DNA of 64,000 nucleotides from contig CAVSGI010000006.1 in assembly GCA_963727445.1 (NCBI GenBank), positions 730,617-794,616 of the forward strand, written 5' to 3'. The position numbers and the translations under genes were made by a program. Positions 8,530-18,300 of the stretch are shown here, in pieces. This stretch comes from an uncultured delta proteobacterium (GTDB lineage Bacteria > Myxococcota_A > Polyangia > Polyangiales > B10-G4). The notes beneath the pieces are model-generated. The model saw only the letters and a program-made list of their open reading frames with translations. It was not told the origin of the DNA and searched no databases. Positions within the stretch are counted from its first letter, which is position 1, and each line of letters opens with the position of its first letter.

Positions 8530-10047
8530 TTGTTCCTCGCCGTCGTGGCGCTCCTCGGGGCGTGCGGGGGCGAGCGGAGCGACGCCGACGAGGCGGACGT
8601 GCTCAAGGTGGTCTTGCCGCGCGACGCCGAGCAGCTCGATCCGCGTTTCGTCGGGGATCCCTACGGGCTCAAGGTCACGCGGTTGATCTTCGCCTCCCTG
8701 GTGACCATCGATCCGCGCACACTCGAGGTGGTCCCGGACCTGGCCGAGCGCGTCGAGGTGGAGAGCGATCTCCGCTACCGCGTGGAGCTCCGGCACGGTC
8801 TGCACTTCTCCGACGGCTCGACCCTCGACGCCGACGACGTGATCGCCACGTTTCGAAGCGTGGTCGATCCGGAGCTGGGCAGTCGCTACGCCAGCACCTA
8901 CCGCCGCATCGAGCGCATCGATCGCGTCGACGCGCACACCGTGGTCTTCCACCTGGACGCGCCTCACGCGACCTTCGTCACCGACCTCGAGCTGCCGGTG
9001 ATGCGCGAGGAGGACGCGCACCGTCAGGTGGGTGGGGAGGGCGTCACGCCGGTGGGCGCCGGCCCCTACATACTCGCCGACCGTCGCCCGGGGCACATCG
9101 AGCTTCGCGCCAATCCCTACTGGCACGGGGGAGAGCCGACGTTCCCACGTGTCCACATGCTCGTGGTTCGCGACGACAACACTCGCGCGCTGCGCCTGCT
9201 CGCTGGCGCCGGCGACCTGGCGGTCAACGCCATCCCGCCGCTTCTGGTGCCGCTCTTCGAAGACGATCCCCGATTCGAGATCCGCACCGCACCGGGCGTG
9301 GGCACGAGCTACGTCGGCTTCAACACCAGCGTCGCGCCCTTCGACGACGTGCGCGTCCGTCGCGCCGTCGCGCACGCGATCGATCGTGAGACGCTGGTGG
9401 AGACGAAGCTCGGCGGCCGCGCGCTCCTCGCACGCGGCTGGATCCCTCCCGGTCACTGGGCCTACGCGGAGGACGTCCCCACCTACGCATACGATCCCGA
9501 ACGCGCACGCGCGCTGCTCGACGAAGCGGGCTATCCCGATCCCGACGGGCCCGGGGGCGAGCCACGCATGCGCGTCGCTTTTCGTACCAGCTCCGACCGC
9601 TTCCGCCTGTCGGTCACGCGTGCCATCGCTGCGATGCTCCGCGAGGTGGGGATCGAAGCCGAGGTCCGGCCGAGCGAGACCGCGACCATGATCGCCGATC
9701 TGGGCCGCGGGCGCTTCCAGATGACCTTTCTTCAGGTGCCGGAGGTCTTCGAGCCGCACGTGCTGAGCTGGTTCTTCTCGTCGGAGCGCATCCCCATCCC
9801 CGGCCAGCGCGAAGGGGCGAACCGATGGCGACTCGCGAGCGATGCGCTCGACGAAGCGCTCGAGCGCGGTCGCCGCAACGCCGCGCGCGAGGTGCGCATC
9901 GAGGCCTACCACGACGCGCAGCGCATCCTCGCCACCGAGCTTCCGGTGGCGCCGCTCTGGCACGAGGACGTGGTCGCCATCGTCGGCGACAAGGCCCGCG
10001 CCTACGACGTCCCCAGGGACGGGCGCCTGGGAACGTTGGCCCGATAG
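8530..10047 (+). CDS. ABC transporter substrate-binding lipoprotein, family 5 (peptide/nickel); start uncertain
   Basis: Lipobox LGAC, LDP, VPDLAE...FSDGSTLDADDV, PVGAGPY, PFDDVRVRRAVAHAIDRE, YDPERARALLDEAG. Confidence 0.9.
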   Translation: MFLAVVALLGACGGERSDADEADVLKVVLPRDAEQLDPRFVGDPYGLKVTRLIFASLVTIDPRTLEVVPDLAERVEVESDLRYRVELRHGLHFSDGSTLDADDVIATFRSVVDPELGSRYASTYRRIERIDRVDAHTVVFHLDAPHATFVTDLELPVMREEDAHRQVGGEGVTPVGAGPYILADRRPGHIELRANPYWHGGEPTFPRVHMLVVRDDNTRALRLLAGAGDLAVNAIPPLLVPLFEDDPRFEIRTAPGVGTSYVGFNTSVAPFDDVRVRRAVAHAIDRETLVETKLGGRALLARGWIPPGHWAYAEDVPTYAYDPERARALLDEAGYPDPDGPGGEPRMRVAFRTSSDRFRLSVTRAIAAMLREVGIEAEVRPSETATMIADLGRGRFQMTFLQVPEVFEPHVLSWFFSSERIPIPGQREGANRWRLASDALDEALERGRRNAAREVRIEAYHDAQRILATELPVAPLWHEDVVAIVGDKARAYDVPRDGRLGTLAR

Positions 10048-10083
10048 CAGCGTTTTCCGGGGGTTTACGCCCGGCGAGGGGGG

Positions 10084-10112
10084 TTTACGGGAGGGGAAGC
10101 GGGCTCCATACT
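10084..10112 (+). promoter_or_regulatory. Candidate sigma70-type promoter of sodB
   Basis: TTTACG-N17-CATACT, with GGAGGAG upstream of ATG 10162. Confidence 0.5.
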
Positions 10113-10161
10113 CGGCGCCCCACTGACCCGGAGGCAGTGCCCCGGAGGAGAACCATAGGCG

Positions 10162-10737
10162 ATGGCATTCGAACTACCTGCGCTTCCCTACGAGAAGAAC
10201 GCGCTCGCGCCGCACATCTCGGCCGAGACCCTCGAGTACCACTACGGCAAGCATCACGCCGGCTACGTGAAGAAGCTCAACGCCGCGGCGGAATCCGATT
10301 CGTCGATCGCCGGCAAGAGCCTCGAGGATCTGGTCCGCACCGCTGAGGGCGGCGTCTTCAACAACGCAGCGCAGATCTGGAACCACACCCTCTACTGGAA
10401 CAGCATGAATCCGGGTGGGGGCGGTGAGCCCAGCGGCAAGATCGCCGATGCGATCAAGGCGTCCTTCGGCTCCTTCTCGGACTTCAAGGAGCAGTTCAGC
10501 AAGGCGGCGGCCGGCCACTTCGGCTCGGGCTGGGCTTTCCTCGTCAAGGACGGCGATCGCCTCGCGATCGTCGACGCCCACGACGCCGGCAACCCGCTCC
10601 GCAACGGCAAGACTCCCATCCTGACCTGCGACGTCTGGGAGCACGCCTACTACATCGACTACCGCAACGACCGGGGCAAGTACATCGAGGCCTGGTGGAA
10701 CCTGGTCAACTGGTCCCACGCCAACGAGCAGCTCTAG
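10162..10737 (+). CDS. sodB: Fe/Mn superoxide dismutase, Fe-type signature
   Basis: FELPALPY, HYGKHH, FNNAAQIWNH, FGSGW, DVWEHAYYIDY. Confidence 0.95.
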   Translation: MAFELPALPYEKNALAPHISAETLEYHYGKHHAGYVKKLNAAAESDSSIAGKSLEDLVRTAEGGVFNNAAQIWNHTLYWNSMNPGGGGEPSGKIADAIKASFGSFSDFKEQFSKAAAGHFGSGWAFLVKDGDRLAIVDAHDAGNPLRNGKTPILTCDVWEHAYYIDYRNDRGKYIEAWWNLVNWSHANEQL

Positions 10738-10751
10738 TTCGGGGCGCGGCC

Positions 10752-10791
10752 GCCGGCCGGCCCTCCGCCTCGAGACGGGAGGTCGGCCGGC
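10752..10791 (+). terminator. GC-rich stem-loop after sodB (no U tract)
   Basis: GCCGGCCG...CGGCCGGC inverted repeat with an extended imperfect stem. Confidence 0.4.
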
Positions 10792-10815
10792 CATGCATGA
10801 CCACGGGGACGTGAC

Positions 10816-12123
10816 GTGATTCTGCGGGATCCCGTCCACGGTCTGGTGTCGTTCGAGGGCGACGCCGAGCGCGTGGTGATGGCCCTCCTCTCCACCCGCG
10901 AGGTTCAGCGCCTGAGGCGGGTGCGACAGCTGGGCCTCACCTCCCTCGTGTTTCCGGGCGCGGAGCATTCCCGCTTCGCCCACGCCCTCGGCGCGGCCCA
11001 CGTGATGGTGCGCCTGCTCTCGCGCATCGCGCCGCGCGCCCGCGAGCTCCCCCCGGAGGCGCGCCTCACCGAGCGACATGCCCGGGAGGCCATCGCGGCG
11101 GCGGTGCTGCACGACCTGGGTCACGGGCCCTTTTCGCATCTCTTCGAAGAGGTGCTGCCCGACGCGCGCCATCACGAGGAATGGACGCGGGACGCGATCA
11201 GGGATCCCGGCACCGAGGTGCATCAGGCCCTCGAGGGGCTCGAGTCCGGGATGGCCGAGCGCGTCGCCGATCTCCTCGCTGGCCGCTACCAGCTCGGCTA
11301 TCTCGCGCGCGCCGTCAGCGGCGTCATCGACGTCGACCGCTGCGACTACCTGCTTCGCGACAGCCACATGACGGGCGCGCGCTACGGGCTCTACGACCTC
11401 GATTGGCTCCTCCGGGCGCTCTCCTTCGACCAGGCGCCGAGCGGTGATTGGGTGCTCGCGGTGGAGGGGCGAAAAGGGCTGCCGCCGATCGAGGGATACT
11501 TCCTCGGGCGCAACTTCATGTACCGGCAGGTCTATCATCACAAAGCGACGCGCGCGGCCGAGTGCCTGATCCGCGCCATCTTCGTCCGCGTCGCGGAGCT
11601 CATCGCCGACGGTGACGCGCCGGCCGCCGTGCCCGAGGCGCTCTCCCTCGCGGTGCGTGGCGGCGACGTCGCCCTGGGCGCCTTCCTCGAGCTGGATGAC
11701 GCGCGAATGCACACCTGCTTCGCCGAGTGGGCGCGCGCCGAAGATCCGGTGCTCGCGACGCTCTCCGACGCGGTGATGACCCGCAAGCTCCCGAAGACGG
11801 TGCCGCTGCCCCCCGGCGACGAGGCGGCGCCCGCGCGGAAGGAAGCCTTCGAGCGTGCCTCGGAGATCGCCGAAAAGCACGGCATGCGGCCAGAGCTCAC
11901 GGTCTTCGCCGACGAGACGAGCGACACGCCCTATGCGGAGCCCGACGACGACTCCCCCGGTGGGGTGTGGGTCAGCATTCGTCACGCGCCGATCCGGCGA
12001 TTGGGAGACGTCTCCTTCCTCCTCGGCAACCTCAAGAACAAGCGAATCGACCTGCCGCGTCTGGTCTTTCCCGAGACCATCCGCGAGGAGGTCATCACCG
12101 CGATCGAAGGAGTGATCGGATGA
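10816..12123 (+). CDS. HD-domain phosphohydrolase (dNTP triphosphohydrolase/SAMHD1-like family)
   Basis: RDPVHG, QRLRRVRQLG, HSRFAHALG, LHDLGHGPFSH, DVDRCDYLLRDS, MYRQVYHHK. Confidence 0.92.
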   Translation: MILRDPVHGLVSFEGDAERVVMALLSTREVQRLRRVRQLGLTSLVFPGAEHSRFAHALGAAHVMVRLLSRIAPRARELPPEARLTERHAREAIAAAVLHDLGHGPFSHLFEEVLPDARHHEEWTRDAIRDPGTEVHQALEGLESGMAERVADLLAGRYQLGYLARAVSGVIDVDRCDYLLRDSHMTGARYGLYDLDWLLRALSFDQAPSGDWVLAVEGRKGLPPIEGYFLGRNFMYRQVYHHKATRAAECLIRAIFVRVAELIADGDAPAAVPEALSLAVRGGDVALGAFLELDDARMHTCFAEWARAEDPVLATLSDAVMTRKLPKTVPLPPGDEAAPARKEAFERASEIAEKHGMRPELTVFADETSDTPYAEPDDDSPGGVWVSIRHAPIRRLGDVSFLLGNLKNKRIDLPRLVFPETIREEVITAIEGVIG

Positions 12124-13166
12124 GGAGAGCCCCAGTACTGGCTGCGTTGGCGTTGGCGACGACCTTCGCGTGGCCGACCGCATTGCACGCACAGCGGCGA
12201 CGCGCGGCCGACGCCTCTCCACCCGGCGTCGAGGTGACGCTCACCCCGGAGCCGTCGGCGGATTCTCCATTTCGCTACATCTTCACGCTCCGTCCGACCA
12301 CGTGGAACGCGGCGGAGGTCGTCGCCGACCGGCGGCTGCTGAGCTTCACGGTGCATCCGGAGGGGCAGCGGCGGCGGCGTTACACCTGCCGCCACCCCGA
12401 CGCGCCACGCCGCGCGCCCGAAGGCAGGATCGTCACCCTCGGTCGGGCAGCCGAGGAGACCGAGCATCGTGAGTGGATCGATCTGCGGATGTACTGCTGG
12501 GGCAGGGCGCTGCGGGCGCTCGAGTCCGGCGCGCGCGTCGAGGTGAGCTACGGCTTTCGACGCCGGGGTCGCGGGCGCTGGGTGGCGCGCGAAGCGGCCG
12601 CGGATCCGCGCTCCGCCGTGCGACAGCTACAGGCCGCGGACCTCATGTTCACGCCGGTACAGCAGGCGAGCGAAGAGTCGGGCGAAGAGTCGGGCGAGGA
12701 GCCCGTCATTCGCGTGAGCATGGCTCCCTCCGACGTGCGGAGCGGCGCAGGGCTCGTCTTCCACCCGCGCATCCGGGCGACACGGCCGGTTCAGGTCTAC
12801 GTTCGCGACGACCTCTTCCGCTATCACATCAAAGGCCCCCTGGGCGAGACCGAGTGCGCCATGCACCGGACCCCCATCGCGCCGGTCCTCGACTTCTATC
12901 GCCGACTGGGTGGCCGGCGTTCGGCCACCGGCGCTCTGGCCATCAGCCTCGCTTGCCGTGACGATTTTCAAGTCGCCGGCATCTACGAGGTCACCCCCAT
13001 CGTCGATCTCGTCTATGACGCCGACCGGTGGGAGATCGACGACGTGGTCACGGGCACCTTCGAAGGCGATCCGGTTGTCGTGCGCGTGCGCAGAGGCGAT
13101 CGCGGCTACGTGTTGCAGGTGCCCGGCACCACCCTCGAGGCCGAGGACTCGGGAGGCGACACGTGA
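12120..13166 (+). CDS. Hypothetical secreted protein
   Basis: ATGA overlap with the HD gene. Signal peptide MRRAPVLAALALATTFAWPTALHA. Two Cys-containing beta-rich halves. Confidence 0.7.
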   Translation: MRRAPVLAALALATTFAWPTALHAQRRRAADASPPGVEVTLTPEPSADSPFRYIFTLRPTTWNAAEVVADRRLLSFTVHPEGQRRRRYTCRHPDAPRRAPEGRIVTLGRAAEETEHREWIDLRMYCWGRALRALESGARVEVSYGFRRRGRGRWVAREAAADPRSAVRQLQAADLMFTPVQQASEESGEESGEEPVIRVSMAPSDVRSGAGLVFHPRIRATRPVQVYVRDDLFRYHIKGPLGETECAMHRTPIAPVLDFYRRLGGRRSATGALAISLACRDDFQVAGIYEVTPIVDLVYDADRWEIDDVVTGTFEGDPVVVRVRRGDRGYVLQVPGTTLEAEDSGGDT

Positions 13167-13381
13167 GCGATCGAACGGCGCGGATCGTCGCGGTGGTCGG
13201 GCTCGGCGTGGCGCTGGTCTCCCTCACCATTTCGGGGTGGACCGCGATGATGGTTTCCCGCCAGGAAGACACCCTCCGCGAGCTGGGCGAGTCCATGCAG
13301 GAACGGCTGATGCCAGGGGGCGGTGACGCGCTCGACCTGCCGATGCACGCGCCTCCTCCCGCCCTGGAAACAGAGCCGTGA
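13163..13381 (+). CDS. Small single-pass membrane protein
   Basis: GTGA overlap and GGGAGG RBS. Hydrophobic IVAVVGLGVALVSLTISGW segment. Confidence 0.65.
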   Translation: MSDRTARIVAVVGLGVALVSLTISGWTAMMVSRQEDTLRELGESMQERLMPGGGDALDLPMHAPPPALETEP

Positions 13382-13437
13382 AGGAACAGGAGTTGAAAGG
13401 ATCGTTCCGCGGGTAATACTCCGTCCGAAAGCTTCCG

Positions 13438-14795
13438 ATGCCGAAGATCCTAGTCGTCGACGATCAGCGCAACATGCGCACGACGCTCGCCATGATGCTT
13501 CGTGGTGCGGGCTACGAAGTCGCGCGAGGCCGAGGATGGCGACAGCGCCATCGACAAGGTGACCGGCGATGCCTACGACCTGGTGCTCACCGATCTGAAG
13601 ATGGGCGGTCGGGACGGCATGGACGTGCTGCGTCACACGCGGAGAACGCGCCCCTCGACCGAGGTCATGGTCATGACCGCCTACGGCACCATCGAGAGCG
13701 CGGTCGAGGCGATGCGCATGGGCGCCTACGACTACATCCAGAAGCCCTTCACCGAGGAAGAGCTGCTGGTGAAGGTGCACAAGGCGCTGGAGCACCGGCA
13801 GATGGCGGGGGAGCTGTCGGCGCTCACCGCCGAGTTCCGCGAGCGCTATCGCTTCGAGAACATCATCGGACGCTCGGCTGCGATCAACGACGTCCTGGAT
13901 CGCATCCGTCCGCATCGCGCCCACGGACGCCACGGTGCTCATCACCGGTGAGAGCGGCACCGGTAAGGAGTTGGTCGCCAAGGCGATTCACGCCAACTCG
14001 CGCCGTTCGGAACGGCCTTTCGTGAGCGTGAACTGTGCAGCCATCAGCGAAACGCTCCTCGAGAGCGAGCTCTTCGGGCACGTCCGGGGCGCGTTCACCG
14101 GCGCGGTGTCGTCCCGTAAGGGCCTCTTCGAGGAGGCGAACGGCGGGACCTTCTTCTTCGACGAGATCGCGGAGACACCCCCGTCGTTTCAGGCGAAGCT
14201 CCTGCGCGCGATCCAGGAGGGCGAGATCCGGCGGCTGGGCGACAACAAGTCCGTTCACGTCGAAGTGCGGATGATCGCCGCCACCAACCAGGACCTGAAG
14301 ATCGCGATTCAGGAGAAGCGCTTCCGCGAGGACCTCTTCTATCGTCTCAACGTCGCGCGCTTCGTCCTGCCGCCCCTGCGCGAGCGCCGCGAGGACATCG
14401 GTGTGCTCGTCGACTTCTTCCTCGAGAAGTACGGCCGCAAGATGCGCCGGCGCGCCAAGCTCGGCGAGGGCGTCCTCGACTTCCTGCGCAACTACGACTA
14501 CCCGGGCAACATCCGCGAGCTCGAGAACCTGATCGAGCAGGGCGTCGCCCTCGCCGAGGACGGCATCATCCGCCGCGACGACATCATCACACCGGAGATG
14601 GACCAAGGCGGCCCCCGAGAGAGCAACGGCGGCCAGCGCCAGCTCCAGGACGTGGTGGACGAGGCCGAGCGCGCCCACATCGAGGCCACCCTGAGAGAGG
14701 TCGACGGCAACAAGGAACGCGCCGCCGAGGTCCTCGGCCTCAGCTCCACCACGCTCTGGCGCAAGATGAAGCGCCTGAACGTGGTGTGGCCCTAG
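13438..14795 (+). CDS. Sigma54-dependent response regulator (NtrC family), frameshifted near 13525 and 13910
   Basis: Receiver ([21 protein letters not shown]), AAA+ ([19 protein letters not shown]) and Fis HTH are spread over three frames. Confidence 0.92.
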
Positions 14796-14814
14796 CGACG
14801 CCGAAGGCGTCGCT
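14794..14814 (+). terminator. Short perfect hairpin at the end of the regulator gene
   Basis: AGCGACGCC-GAA-GGCGTCGCT. Confidence 0.4.
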
Positions 14815-14959
14815 GACGTAGAAGCGGGACTGCTTGGAGCCGGAGCGGCGCCGTCGGCCGTATGGAAGTCCCCTCACCGAAACCAAGCCTTGCTTCGCGC
14901 GTCTCGTTCCGTCCCCCAAAAACTCGCCCCCTTTCACCCCATCGCCCATCCTGTACGTG

Positions 14960-15838
14960 ATGGCTGAACGTCTTCGTCTCGGGGACATGCTCCTCAAGGC
15001 CAAGCTCATCGACGACTCTCAGTTGGCCGAGGCGCTCGAGAGTCAGAAGGAGTCAGGGCGTCGTCTGGGCGAAGAGCTCGTCGCCCTCGGCTTCTTGAAC
15101 GAGCTTCAGGTGACCCAGAATCCTGGGCAATCAGCTCTCGGTGCCCTGGGTGGACCTGAGGCACGTGGAGTTCTCGCGCGAGCTCCTCGGCCTGGTGCCG
15201 AAAGAGCTCGCCCACAGCCACTGCTTGATCCCCATCTACGTCCGGCAGGTGCGCGGCGGAGGGGACTCGCTCTTCGTCGCGATGGACGACCCGACGAACG
15301 AGCAGCTCCTGGAAGAGATCGCGGAGCTGGCCGGCTTGCCGGTCAAGGCGATGGTCGCGCCGCCCACCGACATCCGTGACGCGATCGGCGTCTATTACTT
15401 CGGCACCAGCCCCTCCACCGCCGTCGAGACGATGCCCGAGGAGTATCCGAGCGAGCCTGCCCCGAGCTCCGACGACGCCGAAGCGACCAACGAGGAGAGC
15501 ACCGACGACGCCGAGGTGCCCGAAGCGAAGGAGCCCGAGTCGGGCGGTGGCCCGCGCCTGGTCACCCTCACGATGCTCGACGGAACGCAGAATCCGCCTT
15601 CCGGCGAAGAAGCGCGAGGACGACGAACACGAACAAGCGCTGACCGCCGCCGACTTCGTGAACGCGCTCCTCGCCAAGGCCGATGGCGTCGACGTCTCGG
15701 GGATCCTGCCGGACGAGAGCTGGGAGACGTTCGATCGCCACCATCCTCTCGCTGCTCCTCAAGAAGCACCTGATCGCGGACTGGGAGTTCGTCGACGAGC
15801 TCGCGCGACAGCGCGCGAAGCGAGCCAAGGCCGACTGA
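14960..15838 (+). CDS. Stand-alone MshEN (GspE/PilB N-terminal) domain protein, frameshifted
   Basis: RLGDMLLKAKLIDDSQLAEALESQ..RRLGEELVALGF, then LFVAMDDP. No ATPase domain. Frame changes near 15120, 15590 and 15730. Confidence 0.8.
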
Positions 15839-15853
15839 GAGTCGCCGCCGTGC

Positions 15854-16096
15854 TCAGCGCGCGGCGTCTTCCGCCCGCGCGCGCGCTTCCTTTTCGGCCT
15901 GCTCCTCGATCTCTTGCGCGATGCGCTCCGAGGCGCGCACGGCGTCGTCGCCGAGCTCCTCGGCTTCGGGGGTGGCCGCGATCCGGGAGACGTGCTCGGC
16001 GAGGGTCCGCTCGCCCAGAGGGACGAAGAACGCCAGGTAGGCGAAGACCGCCAGCACGATCAGCGAAACGCAGCCGCTCGCAGCTTTCCGGATCAT
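15854..16096 (-). CDS. Small membrane protein
   Basis: N-terminal transmembrane helix, FFVPLGERTLAEH motif, charged helical tail. Confidence 0.7.
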   Translation of the reverse strand: MIRKAASGCVSLIVLAVFAYLAFFVPLGERTLAEHVSRIAATPEAEELGDDAVRASERIAQEIEEQAEKEARARAEDAAR

Positions 16097-16188
16097 GGAC
16101 GAAACCTACATCGCGCCATCGAAGCGGCGAAGTTTCTGTGTGGGCGCGAGCCTTGAACGCGGCGCTTTAGCGACGCTTCAGCGACGCT

Positions 16189-17025
16189 TCAGCTCCGCTT
16201 GAGCAGCTTCTCGAGAGGACCGGGCAGCCAGCTGGTGCTCTTCAGCTCGTAGCCACAGAGGGGCAGGGCGCGGCTCAGGGCGTCGTTGAAGGTCGGCTCG
16301 AGCGTCAGGACGTCCAGGTCCACCCGCGCCTCGCGGGCCGCGTCGAGCCAGCCGTGCGGGGCGCCCGCGAAGATGCAGGTCGCGCCGAGCATCCGCGCCG
16401 CGCCGTGGGCGCCGAAGACCTCGGCCGCCCGCTCCTCGTTCGGACCCTCGAGCCGGCTGATGTCCACGATCGCCGCGGCCGCGTCCACCTTGAGCATCTT
16501 GCGCCCCAGCCTTTCGACGATCTCCGACAGGACCTCCGCGTCCTGCTCTCCCGAGAGCACGAGCGCCAGGCATCGCGGAACGACCCGGATGATGGCGGCG
16601 TTGTCCACGGTGGCCGCGGCCTGGGCCTCCTGGAGCGCCTCCTCGCGCGCCGCCACGTAGCCCTCGAAGCACATCGCGGTCAGCGGCCGCACCAGGTCTC
16701 GTGGGACCGCCCGCCCGCTCTCTTCGAGCGCGTGAACGATGGCCGGGACCAGGTGGATGGCGGCCGTGGGCGTGGCGCCCAGGGCCCCGGCCCTCCGGCC
16801 CAGGAGGGTCACCATGGCGAGGCCCTCGTGGTGCTCGAGGCGGCTCAGATCCCCTTCGGCGTTCTGATCCAGGGCAAAGGCCAGGGCGTCGATGGCGGGG
16901 CTGGCTTCGAGCGCGAGCTCGTCGGAAAGCGCCCAATCCTCGCCAAAGGGACACCCCTCGAGATAGGCGACGCGGAAGGCTCGGCTGAGCGCATCCACGT
17001 CCAGGCTTCGGGCGTCTTCCCCCAC
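16189..17025 (-). CDS. RsbR-like protein with divergent C-terminal STAS domain
   Basis: LVLSGEQD...AIVDISRL...[13 protein letters not shown] resembles the RsbR STAS pattern. GTG start inferred. Confidence 0.65.
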   Translation of the reverse strand: MGEDARSLDVDALSRAFRVAYLEGCPFGEDWALSDELALEASPAIDALAFALDQNAEGDLSRLEHHEGLAMVTLLGRRAGALGATPTAAIHLVPAIVHALEESGRAVPRDLVRPLTAMCFEGYVAAREEALQEAQAAATVDNAAIIRVVPRCLALVLSGEQDAEVLSEIVERLGRKMLKVDAAAAIVDISRLEGPNEERAAEVFGAHGAARMLGATCIFAGAPHGWLDAAREARVDLDVLTLEPTFNDALSRALPLCGYELKSTSWLPGPLEKLLKRS

Positions 17026-17088
17026 GGGAAGAAGCCTAGTCGACGCTGGGTTTTTGTCGAAGTGAACGAGCTCGGTTACACCCGTCGG

Positions 17089-18249
17089 GTGACCATCGTC
17101 GTCCAGAAGTATGGTGGCAGCTCGGTAGCCGACGTCACCAAGATCGGCCGGGTCGCCGACGCGGTGGTGGCGACCCGACGGGCGGGTCACGACGTGGTCG
17201 TGGTCGTCTCCGCCATGGGCAAGACCACCGACCAACTCCTCGCGCTCGCCAAGGAGGTGGACGAGACCCCTCCGCGCCGTGAGCTCGACATGCTCCTCAC
17301 CACCGGCGAGCGCGTGTCGATGGCGCTGCTCTCGATGGCGATTCAAAAACGGGGCGAGGCGGCCATCTCCTTCACGGGATCGCAGAGCGGCATCATCACC
17401 AACGATCGTCACTTCGATGCGCGGATCATCGAAGTCCGGCCACATCGCGTCGAGGACGAGCTCGCGCGCGGCAAGATCGTCATCATCGCCGGCTATCAGG
17501 GGATGAGCTACAAGCGGGAGATCACCACCCTGGGGCGCGGCGGCAGCGACACCACCGCGCTGGCGATGGCGGCGGCCCTCGGCGCCGAGCGCGCGGAGAT
17601 CTACAGCGACGTCGACGGCGTGTACTCGGCGGACCCACGCGTGGTCCCCGACGCCGCACATCTGCCCGAGCTCGGCTACGACCAGATGCAGGCGATGAGT
17701 GACGCCGGCGCCAAGGTGCTGCACGCGGGCGCGGTGGAATTCGCGCGCAAGGCGGGGATCACCATTCACGCGCGCGCGAGCTTTTCGCCGGGGCGCGAGA
17801 CGCGGGTCGCGGCCGACGACGATCCCGCAGCGCGGGCGGTCGTCGGGCTCAAGGGGATCGAGCGGGTGTGGGTGCAGGGCGCCTCCACAGACATCGCTGG
17901 CGCGCTGCGGGTCGCACGCGCCAGAGGGGCCTTCGTGCGCGAGTCGAGCGTGGACGAGCACGGGGGCTGTTTCGACGTGGTGGTGGCGCATTCGCCCGAG
18001 TGGCAGGCGGCGCGCGAGGATCTGAAGAGCACGGGCGCCGGCGTTTCCTTCGAGTCCGGGTGTGGGCTGGTCACGGTCGTGGGCAGCGCCGCGGAAGTGA
18101 TCGACGACGCCCTCGGAGCGTTGAGCCGCGCCGCGATAACCCCCAGGCGATGGCTCGGTCGAGGCATCACGACCGCGTTCTGGGTCGCTGACGACGAGGT
18201 GGACGAGGCGGTGCGCGCGCTCCACGGAGCCCTGGTCGAAGCAGACTGA
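17089..18249 (+). CDS. lysC: Aspartate kinase
   Basis: [49 protein letters not shown]. Confidence 0.93.
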   Translation: MTIVVQKYGGSSVADVTKIGRVADAVVATRRAGHDVVVVVSAMGKTTDQLLALAKEVDETPPRRELDMLLTTGERVSMALLSMAIQKRGEAAISFTGSQSGIITNDRHFDARIIEVRPHRVEDELARGKIVIIAGYQGMSYKREITTLGRGGSDTTALAMAAALGAERAEIYSDVDGVYSADPRVVPDAAHLPELGYDQMQAMSDAGAKVLHAGAVEFARKAGITIHARASFSPGRETRVAADDDPAARAVVGLKGIERVWVQGASTDIAGALRVARARGAFVRESSVDEHGGCFDVVVAHSPEWQAAREDLKSTGAGVSFESGCGLVTVVGSAAEVIDDALGALSRAAITPRRWLGRGITTAFWVADDEVDEAVRALHGALVEAD

Positions 18250-18263
18250 TCTCGCCTCCGGCC

Positions 18264-18292
18264 TCGACCCGCGGGCGAGGTGCGGCTATAGC
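18264..18292 (+). promoter_or_regulatory. Candidate promoter for a leaderless transcript
   Basis: TCGACC-N17-TATAGC, 8 nt before ATG 18301, with no Shine-Dalgarno. Confidence 0.4.
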
Positions 18293-18300
18293 GGTGACCC

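Noticed and set aside
7024..12222. Long antisense or extended ORFs (7024..9963, 7273..10047 5' part, 10174..12222, and similar ones such as 2598..5066 and 18286..19920)
   Set aside because: These are shadow ORFs on the opposite strand of well-supported genes, expected from high GC and codon bias. They contain no protein motifs.
10816..13381. HD dNTPase operon as an anti-phage system
   Set aside because: Host-like codon usage, housekeeping neighbours and no defence-island context. This family is widespread.
16169..16193. 11-bp tandem duplication AGCGACGCTTC at a gene end
   Set aside because: Too short to interpret. It could be slippage or an assembly artefact.
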